DNA from: Crocinitomicaceae bacterium
GTDB lineage: Bacteria > Bacteroidota > Bacteroidia > Flavobacteriales_D > Sanyastnellaceae
DNA length: 64,000 bases
NCBI GenBank assembly: GCA_040381475.1
Contig: JBEIHH010000008.1
Span: forward strand, 810 to 64,809
Reading direction: 5' to 3'
This document shows positions 57,301 through 64,000 of the stretch, piece after piece (within the stretch, counting starts at the first letter, position 1; every line of letters begins with the position of its first letter). The translations under genes were made by a program, and so were the position numbers. Under the pieces are notes generated by a model, which made no database searches, had not been told where the DNA came from, and saw only the letters and a list, made by a program, of their open reading frames with translations.

Positions 57301-60300
57301 AATATCACTTCAGTAACCAGCGGTTCAGCAACAATTAATGACAATGGAACGCCCGGCGATATAACAGATGATTTTATCGACTATACACCACTAACCGGCT
57401 TTGAAGGAAACGACGCCATTCAATATGAAATCTGTGATAATGATGGAGACTGTGATCAGGCAACAGTGTTTATTACTGTTGGAGACTGCCTGAACGATTT
57501 ACTGGCAGACTGTGATGGTGATGGAATAAACAACGGTGATGAAATAAACGCGGGTTCAGATCCATTCGATCCATGCAGCCCGAATATCAATGCCCTTGGA
57601 ACAAACGACTGCGATAATGACGGTCTGGACAATGATGGTGAAATTCTCGCAAACACAGACAACACCAATCCTGACACAGACGGTGACGGATTCAACGATG
57701 GTGATGAAATAACTGCCGGTTCAGATCCAAACGATTCATGCGATCCAAACATCAACGCGCTCGGAACGAATGATTGTGATAACGATGGTCTTGACAACAA
57801 CGGTGAAGTTCTCGCCGGTACTGATAACAACAATCCGGATACAGATGGTGACGGAATCAATGATGGTAATGAAGTAACAGCTGGTTCAGATCCCACTGAC
57901 CCATGTGATCCTGACGCGAATGCAGTGCCGTCTGCTAATTGCGGCTCTCCCCTGGCGACAGATGACAATGCTTCCACAGCGCTTAACACGAATTTGAACA
58001 TTCCGGTACTAACGAATGACAGTTTTGGCGCAGATGGACCTGGAACAATAAGTATCATCTCGTCAGGAGTTGGTGCAGCTGCCATCAACGACAACGGTAC
58101 ACCAAGTGATCCTGCTGATGACACTGTTGATTATGTCCCTGCGAATGACTATCAGGGAAATGACATTGTTATTTATGAAATTTGTGATAGTGATGGAGAT
58201 TGCGATCAGGCTCAAATTCTGATCAATGTTGGTGACTGCCTTTCTTCACCAAACGCAGACTGCGACGATGATGGTGTTAACAACAACGACGAAGTAAATC
58301 TCGGAAGCGACCCGCTTGATCCTTGTGATCCGAATATCGATGCACTCGGTACGAACGATTGCGATAATGACGGACTCTCCAATGATGAAGAAACACTTGC
58401 CGGAACTGATAACGACAACCCTGACACTGACGGTGATGGAATCAACGATGGAAATGAAGTTGATGCCGGAAGTGATCCAACCAACCCATGTGACCCAGAC
58501 ATCGATGCACTTGCCAGCAATGACTGCGATGGTGACGGCTTAACCAACGAAGAAGAAGAAGACGCTGATACAGATAACAACGATCCTGATACAGATGATG
58601 ATGGTGTTAATGATGGTGACGAAGTGGATGGAGGATCGGATCCATTAAATCCGTGTGATCCTAACCCCGGACTTCCAGAGGACGATTGCGACAACGATGG
58701 TCTGACTAATGGAGAAGAGGACCTTTTGGGAACTGATCCTGGCGATTCGGATACAGATGATGATGGCATCACTGATGGTGTCGAAGTAACCAATGGTAGC
58801 GATCCTCTAAACCCATGCAGTCCAAATCCTTTTACTGCCGAAGTATTTTGTGATCTGGATGATGTTGCTGTGACCACTGAAGGAACTCCTGTTTCAGGCA
58901 CTTTAGTAGATATCAATGGATTCACTTACTCACTTTTTCAGGGTTCATTTAATGGTAACATCGTAATTAACTCTAATGGAACCTTCACTTATACGCCGAA
59001 CTTAGATTATTTCGGCACTGACCAAATCATTTACCAGGTATGTGAAGGCCCGGTCTGCGATCTCAGCACCCTGTTTGTTATAGTGAGCAATCTTCCGGAT
59101 CCTCCGGTCGGTGGATTCGACAGTTATACTGTAGCTCAGGGAAATGTTCTTGAAGAAGATGTAAGCGTTAATGACTACAATCCTGATCAGGCAAATCTCG
59201 TTTACACACTCAACAGCAATGTGACCAATGGCACTCTTGTCCTGAATTCCGATGGCACATTCTCTTACACTCCTAACGCAGGTTATACAGGTAATGATCA
59301 ATTCATTTACACTGTGTGCGGTGGTGCACTATGTGATAACAGCACAGTTGTGACCATAACAGTGACAGTTTCCGGTTCACCTATCGCAAACGACGATTTC
59401 TTCGCTATAGATGAGGATTCCGATCTCATTGCTGATGTTTCGGCGAACGATACAGAGCCGGATGGCAGCGATCTTTCCTTTACCGTGCTTGATGGTCCCG
59501 AAAATGGAACTTTGAACTTCAACCAAAATGGTACATTCACGTATACACCTGACCCGAACTTCAACGGCTCGGACGTCATTACATACACCGCATGCGATCC
59601 AACGCTTCTATGCGAAAACGCAACAGTATTCATTACTGTGAACCCGGTTTCCGACCTTCCGATTGCCAATGATGACAACTTCGAAACCGTTGAGAATGTC
59701 ACCTTAAATAATACAGTTGCTTCAAATGATATAGAAGCTGATAACGACCTATTGACGTTCACGCTAATTTCCGGAACAACCAATGGCGACCTAATTTTAA
59801 ATGCAGACGGCACTTTCACATATACCCCAGACACCGATTACCTTGGTGGTGATAGCTTCATTTACGAGCTATGTGACATTAACGGCTGTGATCAGGCCAC
59901 CGTGTTTATCAATGTTAATCTTCCTAACGTGCCACCTGTTGCTGTTGATGATAATTATTCTGTAAATGAAGACGAAACGCTTTCCGCGGATGTTTCAGAT
60001 AATGATACTGATATCAATAACGACGTTCTGACTTATACCGTGAATCAGAATGTATCAAACGGAACTCTCGTTTTGAACAGTGATGGCACATTCACTTATA
60101 CTCCTGACGCCAACTACAATGGACCAGATGCATTCAGCTATACAGTATGCGATGAAAGCGGACTGTGTGATCAGGCTGTTGTGCTCATTAATGTACTATC
60201 CATAGTTGATCCACATGTTCCGCAGAATGACGAGTACACAACATTCGCCGGTGTTTCGGTTAGCGGTAACGTATTGACAAATGATCTAAATCCAGAAAAC

Positions 60301-63030
60301 TTCAACCTATCCAGTTTCCTGAGCGGTCAGCCAGATAATGGTTCGGTGAATTTATTGGCAAATGGTAACTTCACTTATACGCCAGATCCGGGATTCATTG
60401 GTACTGATACATTCACCTACTTCTGCTGCAATCAGTTTGGCGTTTGCATCCTCACCACGGTAACAATCAATGTCATTCCATCCGGAGGAACTCCAAATGC
60501 GGATGACGACAACTTCACGATGCTCGAAAATGATGTCCTGAATGGTTCGTTCGCAGTTAATGATTCAGATCCCGATGGCGATGATCTTACTTATACCGTG
60601 GTGACAGGACCGAGCGATGGCGTGCTAATTTTGAATGCAGATGGAACATTCACCTTCACACCGAACACGAACTTCTATGGAACGAACATAGTTGTTTACC
60701 AGGCCTGCGATAACAGTGGACTATGTGATGAAGCAATTGTAATAATCGATGTAATCCCGGTAAATGAAGATCCGATTGCGAACGATGACATACTAATCGT
60801 GAATCAAAATGAGCCGACCAGTGGTGATGCGTCATTCAATGATAGCGATCCGGATGGAGAACCTGTGGTATTCACTCTTCTTACCCCTCCTTCTAATGGA
60901 TCATTAATTTTCAACAATGATGGAACCTTCACGTATACTCCTGATGCAGACTATCTGGGTGATGATTCATTTACTTATCAGATTTGTGACTTCTTCAATG
61001 TATGTGACGAAGCAACAGTATTCATCACTGTCATACCAGTAAATGACACACCAATTGCTGTTGATGATGAATTCGTAACTGACGAGGACGAAGTATTGAC
61101 AGCATCCGTTGCAGACAACGATAGTGATCCGGATGGTGATGACCTAACGTTTAGCATCAATCTTTCACCTGTCAATGGCTCAGTTTCCATGAACGACGAT
61201 GGAACATTTACTTATACCCCCAATGAAAACTTCAATGGCAGTGATGCCTTCACGTACAACGTTTGCGATCCTGACGGAACTTGTGATCTTGGAACGGTCA
61301 ACATAACAATCATTCCGGTTAATGACACTCCGATTGCAATTGACGACAGCAATACAGGAGAGGAAGACGACGTGGTTTCAGGTGATGTTTCGGTCAACGA
61401 TACAGACGTCGAAGGTGATGGCCTGACATTCACAATAGTCACAAATCCTACCAATGGCTCGGTCGTGCTTAATGAAGACGGCACGTATACATACACGCCG
61501 GATGCAGACTTCAATGGAACCGATACCTTCACATATCAGGCATGCGATGGTAATACCTGTGATGAAGCGGTTGTTATAATCAACATTGATCCTGTCAATG
61601 ATGATGTAATTGCAGTAGATGATGAATATTCAACCAATGAAAACACATTGCTGAATGGCAACGTTGGTGACAACGACCAAGATCCCGACGGTAATGTTTT
61701 AGTCTTTACATTACTAGCTGACGCCGCCAACGGTACCTTAACACTCACCAACAATGGCGGATTCACATATTTGCCTGATCCTAACTTCGTAGGTGAAGAT
61801 ACTTTCACATACATTGTTTGTGATGCTGATGTCTGTGATACAGCAATAGTGGTTATAACCGTCATCGAACTCGACACCACTCCAGTTGGTGAAGACGACG
61901 CATTCTCGGTAAATGAAGACGGCTTCCTGAACGGTGATGTGAGTCTGAATGACAGCGACCTGGATGGTGATGATTTGACATTCGGTCCCGCAGGAACATT
62001 TGACACCGGCAACGGCACAGTAACGCTGAATGCCGATGGAACATTCACGTACACACCGGATCCAAATTTCAATGGAACCGACACATTTACCTATGAAGTA
62101 TGTGACGATGACGACAATTGTACTGAAGTGACAGTTACGATAACAGTAATACCTGTTAATGACGGTCCTGACGCCATTGATGATAACTACACAACAGATG
62201 AAGACACCGTTCTTAACGGAGATGTGTCTGACAACGACATCGATATCGATGGAGATAATTTAACTTATGTTGTTGTTGACGGACCGGACAATGGCACACT
62301 CGTTCTTAACCCGGACGGAACGTTTACTTACGTTCCAAATGAAAACTTCTTCGGAACAGATTCATTCACCTATACAGTAAGCGATGGTCAGGGAGGAACA
62401 GATACCGCAACTGTAACCATAACAATAGTTTCGGTTCCGGATCCTTTGGCAGAAAATGATCAATTCACAACAAACGAAGATGAATCTGTAAGTGGTGATG
62501 TTTCGATCAATGACAATGACCTGGATGGATACACCTACACTATTTCGAATGGTCCAAATAATGGAACAATAGTCTTCAATGCTGACGGAACATTCACGTA
62601 TACCCCAAATCCGGACTATAACGGGTTTGACGAATTCACATATGTTGCTTGCCAGGGTGAAGATTGCTATGAGGCAACGGTTACAATCATTGTTGTTCCT
62701 GTTGCTGACGATGATCTTTCCATTCCGGCCGGATTCTCGCCGAATGATGATGGTGTTAACGATTCATTCCAAATCGAAAACATTGATCAGTATCCTGAAA
62801 ACAACATCAAGATATTCAATAGATGGGGAAATATCGTATTCGAAATGGACGGTTATAATTCATCCAATGCATGGAATGGTACTACGGATGCCGGGGGTGT
62901 TGTGGTCGGATCTAAAGTTCCTGAAGGTACATACTTCTACATCCTTGACATGGGTAAATCAAACATAAATCCAACCGCTGAAACCGAAGTAAAATCAGGT
63001 TACATCGTGGTAAAATATGCGAACAACTAA
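54334..63030 (+). CDS. Giant (2898 aa) cell-surface adhesin: FG-GAP propeller + UnbV/ASPIC-like + ~19 tandem-95/cadherin-like repeats + thrombospondin type-3 repeats + T9SS type B CTD
   Basis: Signal peptide and 7 x (A/V)DF(N/D)NDG.LD repeats. Many ..NDAPIA.DD......(L/V)...V..ND.D.(E/D).D.L.......NG.(L/V)..N.DG.F.Y.P...(F/Y).G.D.F.Y..CD units. DTDGDGINDGDE repeats. C-terminus GFSPNDDGVNDSFQIENI...IKIFNRWGNIVFE...GTYFYIL. Confidence 0.85.
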   Translation: MKKLFCLPSLLVVMLFVTTTNSFVAQSFSNNAAAASVNLSGQKDGGICWADFNNDGYLDLLVNTDDAAQKTRLYFSNSGVSFSDVTATNAQDLDDVIKNRSAVAADFNNDGNLDFVVNDFSRMEIWLNQGPFSTPSYSFGTIAQAPSQTITSLSGGMNTEGVVIVDFDNDGDLDIITDNNAFGIEILANNGSGNFTQVDNTTTGLPTGGLSGDYAAAGDFNNDGYVDICVRRQSASDIYINDGDGTFTANSFNENATNSNKGSVCWADFDNDGDLDLFWTDAGINQIWQNNSGTFVATGEPASSSGINLSFATIDAVTAGDVDNDGDLDIFLTNIHTESYLFINDNPGNLTFSRPSSPVNFSINPGADAGGAAFADYDNDGDLDLYVSMANSPNQLWTNSLNNDNYLRVEAEWNLGSGNSSPANGATAELVDCNNNRISPLMTLAAGEGFGASGNPVFHFGVPSNNQTYYVRVYFPFRNGVRTIVTKSFEAGTDNSITIINTTSSDPILSCSNQAPVAVDDAGNATNEDNTAIIENIDGNDTDSDGNVEVNTIDLDLNTAGQQTTVVAPQGTWTVNLTSGDIAFVPANNFFGLASIEYTIDDNEGASSNPATISIDVLPVNDAPVAVADTTIVNEDIIITGSVAANDSDVENDLLTFDYISGASNGSLIFNNDGSFEFTPDLNFSGEITIVYEVCDTEPLCVQSTLTLIIDPINDAPIADNDFESVSNNSTLSGSVAGNDSDPENDILTYSLITGALNGSFTLNSDGTFDYDPDDSFIGTEVITYEVCDQEPLCTTATLEISVTPGVLDSDGDGISDDDEILAGTDEFDPCDPNINALSTNDCDNDGLDNSEEILAGTDNDNPDTDGDGINDGDEVTAGSDPIDSCDPDINALGTNDCDNDGLDNSGEILANTDNTNPDSDGDGINDGDEVTAGSDPNNPCDPNPNAIPSADCGAPVANDDNATTDTDTNASIDVLDNDSFGNDGAGTFNITSVTSGSATINDNGTPGDITDDFIDYTPLTGFEGNDAIQYEICDNDGDCDQATVFITVGDCLNDLLADCDGDGINNGDEINAGSDPFDPCSPNINALGTNDCDNDGLDNDGEILANTDNTNPDTDGDGFNDGDEITAGSDPNDSCDPNINALGTNDCDNDGLDNNGEVLAGTDNNNPDTDGDGINDGNEVTAGSDPTDPCDPDANAVPSANCGSPLATDDNASTALNTNLNIPVLTNDSFGADGPGTISIISSGVGAAAINDNGTPSDPADDTVDYVPANDYQGNDIVIYEICDSDGDCDQAQILINVGDCLSSPNADCDDDGVNNNDEVNLGSDPLDPCDPNIDALGTNDCDNDGLSNDEETLAGTDNDNPDTDGDGINDGNEVDAGSDPTNPCDPDIDALASNDCDGDGLTNEEEEDADTDNNDPDTDDDGVNDGDEVDGGSDPLNPCDPNPGLPEDDCDNDGLTNGEEDLLGTDPGDSDTDDDGITDGVEVTNGSDPLNPCSPNPFTAEVFCDLDDVAVTTEGTPVSGTLVDINGFTYSLFQGSFNGNIVINSNGTFTYTPNLDYFGTDQIIYQVCEGPVCDLSTLFVIVSNLPDPPVGGFDSYTVAQGNVLEEDVSVNDYNPDQANLVYTLNSNVTNGTLVLNSDGTFSYTPNAGYTGNDQFIYTVCGGALCDNSTVVTITVTVSGSPIANDDFFAIDEDSDLIADVSANDTEPDGSDLSFTVLDGPENGTLNFNQNGTFTYTPDPNFNGSDVITYTACDPTLLCENATVFITVNPVSDLPIANDDNFETVENVTLNNTVASNDIEADNDLLTFTLISGTTNGDLILNADGTFTYTPDTDYLGGDSFIYELCDINGCDQATVFINVNLPNVPPVAVDDNYSVNEDETLSADVSDNDTDINNDVLTYTVNQNVSNGTLVLNSDGTFTYTPDANYNGPDAFSYTVCDESGLCDQAVVLINVLSIVDPHVPQNDEYTTFAGVSVSGNVLTNDLNPENFNLSSFLSGQPDNGSVNLLANGNFTYTPDPGFIGTDTFTYFCCNQFGVCILTTVTINVIPSGGTPNADDDNFTMLENDVLNGSFAVNDSDPDGDDLTYTVVTGPSDGVLILNADGTFTFTPNTNFYGTNIVVYQACDNSGLCDEAIVIIDVIPVNEDPIANDDILIVNQNEPTSGDASFNDSDPDGEPVVFTLLTPPSNGSLIFNNDGTFTYTPDADYLGDDSFTYQICDFFNVCDEATVFITVIPVNDTPIAVDDEFVTDEDEVLTASVADNDSDPDGDDLTFSINLSPVNGSVSMNDDGTFTYTPNENFNGSDAFTYNVCDPDGTCDLGTVNITIIPVNDTPIAIDDSNTGEEDDVVSGDVSVNDTDVEGDGLTFTIVTNPTNGSVVLNEDGTYTYTPDADFNGTDTFTYQACDGNTCDEAVVIINIDPVNDDVIAVDDEYSTNENTLLNGNVGDNDQDPDGNVLVFTLLADAANGTLTLTNNGGFTYLPDPNFVGEDTFTYIVCDADVCDTAIVVITVIELDTTPVGEDDAFSVNEDGFLNGDVSLNDSDLDGDDLTFGPAGTFDTGNGTVTLNADGTFTYTPDPNFNGTDTFTYEVCDDDDNCTEVTVTITVIPVNDGPDAIDDNYTTDEDTVLNGDVSDNDIDIDGDNLTYVVVDGPDNGTLVLNPDGTFTYVPNENFFGTDSFTYTVSDGQGGTDTATVTITIVSVPDPLAENDQFTTNEDESVSGDVSINDNDLDGYTYTISNGPNNGTIVFNADGTFTYTPNPDYNGFDEFTYVACQGEDCYEATVTIIVVPVADDDLSIPAGFSPNDDGVNDSFQIENIDQYPENNIKIFNRWGNIVFEMDGYNSSNAWNGTTDAGGVVVGSKVPEGTYFYILDMGKSNINPTAETEVKSGYIVVKYANN
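54466..55500 (+). repeat. Seven FG-GAP/VCBS-type repeats (coding)
   Basis: CWADFNNDGYLDLLV, VAADFNNDGNLDFVV, VIVDFDNDGDLDIIT, AAGDFNNDGYVDICV, CWADFDNDGDLDLFW, TAGDVDNDGDLDIFL and AFADYDNDGDLDLYV. Confidence 0.8.
56758..58830 (+). repeat. Thrombospondin type-3-like Ca-binding repeats arranged in a ~250-aa super-repeat, interrupted by two cadherin-like units
   Basis: At least 10 copies of CDPNINALGTNDCDNDGLDN.GEILA.TDN.NPDTDGDGINDGDEVTAGSDP. The DNA copies are visibly similar, for example 56990-57150 versus 57575-57735. Confidence 0.8.
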
Positions 63031-63063
63031 TTCAACATGTGTTCATTCAAATAAGAAAAACAG

Positions 63064-64000
63064 ATGAAAACAATGAAATATATCCGAATCATATCTCTCG
63101 CTGCACTGACACTGCTTTTAAACAAGTCTGTCAACGCACAGTTTGATCCGATGTATACACAATACATGTTCAACGAATTGGTGATCAACCCTGCTTATGC
63201 GGGATCCAGAGAGTGCTTGTCAAGCACAGCCCTGTATCGACAGCAATGGGTGGGCCTTGATGGGGCTCCTTCAACGTTGACCGGATCAGTCCATTCACCT
63301 TTGATGCAGCAAAAATTAGGTGCAGGTCTGACATTCACCAATGATAAGATTGGTGTAAGTCAACGTACCTCGGTTACATTAAATGGTGCTTATCGTCTGA
63401 AACTGGACGCAGCTTACCTGTCATTCGGTTTGCAACTCGGACTTGTTAGCCTGAGTGAAAACCTTGCGTCACTAAATCTCACAGAAGATCAGCAGTTCAT
63501 GGCCAATACCGGCAAACGAACTGCACCGAATTTCGGTTTTGGTATGTATTACTCGACCTCCAACTGGTATGCCGGTATCTCAATACCACGGATGCTACAA
63601 AACCATCTTGATGTTTCTTCAGGCAGTACTGCTGTGAAAAACAAAATGAACCTGGACGACTTTCATTACATGATTACAGGAGGCGCAGTATTTTCATTGA
63701 CAGAAAGTATCAAGCTAAGGCCTAACGCCATGATAAAGCTAGTTAGTGGGGCTCCTCTTCAGGCCGATATCAATGCAAATGTATTATTCAGCGACTGTAT
63801 ATGGGCTGGGCTTGGATTAAGGTCAGGTGATGCCGTTAACATGATGGTTGGAGCATACATCACGAAACAGCTGCGTCTCGGATATGCATATGACTATACT
63901 TTGTCCGCTTTGCAAGAATACAATTCCGGATCACACGAAATCATGTTAGGATATGATCTGAATTTCAGTAAAGACAAAGTAGTAACACCTCGTTATTTCT
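63064..64000 (+). CDS. T9SS membrane protein, PorP/SprF family (3' end runs off the window; essentially full length)
   Basis: My own translation gives MKTMKYIRIISLAALTLLLNKSVNAQFDPMYTQYMFNELVINPAYAGSRE...YRQQWVGLDGAPST...NSGSHEIMLGYDLNFSKDKVVTPRYF. It is absent from the ORF track because there is no in-window stop. Confidence 0.85.
   Translation, partial: MKTMKYIRIISLAALTLLLNKSVNAQFDPMYTQYMFNELVINPAYAGSRECLSSTALYRQQWVGLDGAPSTLTGSVHSPLMQQKLGAGLTFTNDKIGVSQRTSVTLNGAYRLKLDAAYLSFGLQLGLVSLSENLASLNLTEDQQFMANTGKRTAPNFGFGMYYSTSNWYAGISIPRMLQNHLDVSSGSTAVKNKMNLDDFHYMITGGAVFSLTESIKLRPNAMIKLVSGAPLQADINANVLFSDCIWAGLGLRSGDAVNMMVGAYITKQLRLGYAYDYTLSALQEYNSGSHEIMLGYDLNFSKDKVVTPRYF

Noticed and set aside
56685-58925. 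Three long antisense ORFs (56685-57344, 57456-58124, 58212-58925, minus strand) encoding Ser/Pro/Gly-rich proteins of 219-237 aa.
   Set aside because: They mirror the Asp/Gly/Asn-rich TSP3 repeats of the adhesin. GAT/GAC/GGT codons read antisense give ATC/GTC/ACC and never create stops in that frame. They have no start context and low-complexity products. The same applies to 59307-59834, 60978-61190, 61212-61532 and 61536-62084.
1-64000. Search for tRNA, rRNA, CRISPR repeats, IS elements, integrases, toxin-antitoxin pairs or known defence genes.
   Set aside because: Nothing was recognised. Intergenic gaps are short and contain no T-loop-like or direct-repeat arrays. The lone MazG-like and HIT genes have ordinary housekeeping contexts.

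Overview
Gene-dense chromosomal segment of about 50 CDS from a Bacteroidota genome, judged from T9SS C-terminal sorting domains, a PorP/SprF gene, bacillithiol BshB1, TAnnTTTG-type promoter boxes and near absence of Shine-Dalgarno sequences. I found no rRNA, tRNA, CRISPR array, transposase, integrase or phage gene, so this looks like core genome rather than an island. Housekeeping genes include crtI-crtB, bshB1, coaD, rsmD, a RecD-like helicase, truA, an MsbA-like ABC exporter, purK, thyA-folA, yidD, hemB, greA plus a HIT protein, glyA and fabG. Three themes stand out. (1) Cell surface and T9SS: four large secreted proteins with C-terminal sorting-type domains (12982-14070, 14241-18272, 29168-33397, 54334-63030), a PorV/FadL-like barrel and a PorP/SprF gene. 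(2) Thiol and sulfur chemistry: several thioredoxin-fold and rhodanese genes, a YyaL/DUF255 protein, a split HdrD-like Fe-S/CCG pair and a ComA homologue. (3) Promoter -7 boxes that sit 4-8 nt from start codons, implying leaderless mRNAs. The best candidate for an undescribed system is the minus-strand operon 28088-37201. It encodes an oversized CarboxypepD_reg/plug TonB-dependent-type barrel with no SusD partner, a 1409-aa secreted protein of unrecognisable function with a T9SS-like C-terminal domain, and a PorV/FadL-like barrel. Other notable items are a cNMP-binding/rhodanese chimera lacking an HTH, a Cys-less TlpA-like protein, an internally duplicated lamin-tail-domain protein with an unrecognised 4-Cys module, and an intrinsic terminator in the greA leader. 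All functional calls come from reading motifs by eye; no database search was run.
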